Positions 18,127 to 20,000 of a stretch of DNA of 20,000 nt are shown piece by piece. This stretch comes from Chiloscyllium plagiosum (taxonomy: Eukaryota): positions 44,527,472 through 44,547,471 of the forward strand of contig NC_057719.1 in NCBI RefSeq assembly GCF_004010195.1, read 5' to 3'. The notes under the pieces were generated by a model. That model saw only the letters and a list, made by a program, of their open reading frames with translations, searched no databases and had not been told where the DNA came from. The first letter of the stretch is position 1; each line of letters starts with the position of its first letter. A program made the position numbers and the translations under genes.

Positions 18127-20000
18127 AAACCAGCAGACAAGGGGTGTGCCATGGTAGTTTGGCGCACTGATCTCTACACTGCTGAAGCCAGGTGCCAGCT
18201 TGAAGCCACCTCTGCCTACCGCCCCCTCGACCAAGACCTCACCTCCCATTACCAAACCATCATCTCCCAGACCATATACAACCTCATCACCTCAGGGGAT
18301 CTCCCACCCATAGCTTCCAACCTCATAGTTTGGGAACCCCGCACCTCTTGGGTCTACCTCCTACCCAAGATCCACAAGCCGGACTACTCTGATGGACCCA
18401 TCGTCTCGGCCTGCTCCTGCCCCACCAAATCCATCTCCACCTACCTGAATACTGTCCTATCTCTCTCAGTCCAGGAACTCCCCATATGCGTTCGGGACAC
18501 CATCCACACCCTCCACCTCCTCCAAGATTTCCGTTTTTCCAGCCCCCAATGCCTCATCTTCACCATGGACATCCAGTCCCTCTACACCTCCATCCACCAT
18601 GACCAGGGCCTCCAAGCCCTCCATATCTTCCTCTCCACCAGTACCCTTCCACTGACACTCTAATTCGTTTGGCTGAACTGGTCCTCACCCTCAATAATTT
18701 CTCCTTTGAATCCTCCCACTTTCTCCAAATGAAAGGGGTAGCCATGGGTACCCACATGGGCCCCAGCTATGTCTGTCTCTTTGTTGGCTGCATGGAACAG
18801 TCCATCTTCCATCGTTACACTGGCACGATTCTCCACCTTTTCCTCCGCTACATTGATGACTGCATCGGCGCCACCTCCTGCTCCCATGAGGAGATTGAAC
18901 AGTTCATCAACTTCGCCAATACATTCCACTCCAACCTAAATTCACCTGAACTATCTCAGACACCTCCCTCCCCATTCTGGACCTCTCCATCTCTATCAAC
19001 AGTGACCGACTCAACACTGACATCTTCTACAAACCCACTGACTCCCACAGCTACCTTGGACTACATCTCCTCCTACCCTGCCTCCTGTAAAAATGCTATG
19101 CCTTATTCCCAATTTCTCCGCTTCCACCGCATCTGCTCCCAGGAGGACCAGTTCATCACAGAACACACCAGATGGCCTCCTTCTTTAAAGACCGCAATTT
19201 CCCTTCAACATGGTTGATGATGCCCTCCAGTGCATCTCATCCACTTCCAGCATCTCCACCCTCGAACCCCACCCCTCCAACAGCAATAAGGACAGAAGCA
19301 AGAACCCCACCAACCTCCGTATACAATGCATCATCCTCCATCATTTCCGCCACCTACAAATGCTACCCCACCACTAGAGACATATTTCCCTCCCCATCCC
19401 TATCCACTTTCCATAAAGACCGTTCCCTCCGCGACTCCCTCATCAGGTTCACCAACCCACCCTCACCTGCCTACACCTTCCCCTGCCACCGCAGGAATCG
19501 CAAAACCTGTGCCCACACCTTCCCCCTCACCTCCATCCAAGGCCCAAAGGAGCCTTCCACATCCATCAAAGTTTTACCTGCACTTCCACACATGTCATTT
19601 ACTGTATCTGTTGCTCCTGATGCAGTCTCCTCTACATTGGGGAGACAGTACGCCTACTCACAGAGTGCTTCAGAGAACATCTCCGGGACACTTGCACCAA
19701 TCAACCCCACCACCCCGTGGCCAAACGTTTCAACTCCCCCTCCCACTCTGCCAAGGACATGCATTTCTGGGCCTCCTTCATCACCACTCCCTAACCACCA
19801 GATGCCTGGAGGAAGAACGCCTCATCTTCTACCTTGGGACCCTGCAACCCCATGGCATCAATGTGGATTTCATCAGTTTCCTCATTTCTCCTCCCCCCAC
19901 CTTATCCCAGATCCAAACTTCCAACTCCCTCACCACCCTCATGATCTGTCCAACCTGTCCAACTTCCTTCCCACCTATCCGCTCCACCCTCCTCTCTGAC
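18125..20000 (+). mobile_element. Neptune-type Penelope-like retroelement, frameshifted RT-GIY-YIG pseudo-ORF, running off the window end
   Basis: PLE RT motifs KPADKG, YLLPKIHK..PIVS, FTMDIQSLYTSI, GVAMGTHMGPSY and FLRYIDD; Cys linker FPCHRRNRKTCAH; endonuclease FTCTSTHVIYCICCS*CSLLYIGET..FREH (from 19561); terminal EEERLIFYLGTLQPHGIN. Several frameshifts and stops. Confidence 0.93.

Noticed and set aside
18151..19217. RT as an active, domesticated, telomerase-like or prokaryotic retron-type gene
   Set aside because: Multiple frameshifts and stops, 5' truncation, and a linked GIY-YIG domain and pLTR mark it as a dead PLE copy.
19172..19999. 275-aa Pro/Ser/Thr-rich ORF
   Set aside because: Mostly an off-frame reading of the C-rich, frameshifted PLE; only short stretches are in the true RT-EN frame.
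1..20000. CRISPR arrays, rRNA, true tRNA genes, operons
   Set aside because: No regularly spaced repeats or such genes seen; tRNA-like segments are SINE heads and the sequence is eukaryotic.

Overview
AT-rich, repeat-dense vertebrate genomic DNA, almost certainly cartilaginous fish (shark), judging from three HE1-type V-SINEs and shark-like CR1 and Penelope-like (PLE) families. It looks largely intronic or 3'-flanking, and no intact long protein-coding ORF is present. Most ORF-track entries are transposon debris or span the 646-N gap. Best-supported structures: (i) a young Penelope/Poseidon-type PLE insertion at 9929-11332 with a 13-bp target-site duplication (TSD), 289-bp inverted arms, a one-sided 33-nt tail and a minimal hammerhead ribozyme motif in each arm; (ii) a decayed Neptune-type PLE (RT plus GIY-YIG) at 18125-20000 preceded by two inverted 3'-end copies; (iii) a 5'-truncated L1 with TSD and a nested SINE; (iv) a 92-bp local templated duplication with a 22-bp TSD; (v) nested CR1/L2 relics. 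A possible host gene on the + strand is suggested by a 30-nt microexon (4241-4270) and two phase-compatible terminal exons ending in PDZ-ligand-like motifs (GMLSSV*, DVDVHSSTCEV*); I could not identify the gene. I see no convincing evidence of a wholly new system; the ribozyme-bearing short PLE unit and the candidate exon chain are the items most worth following up.
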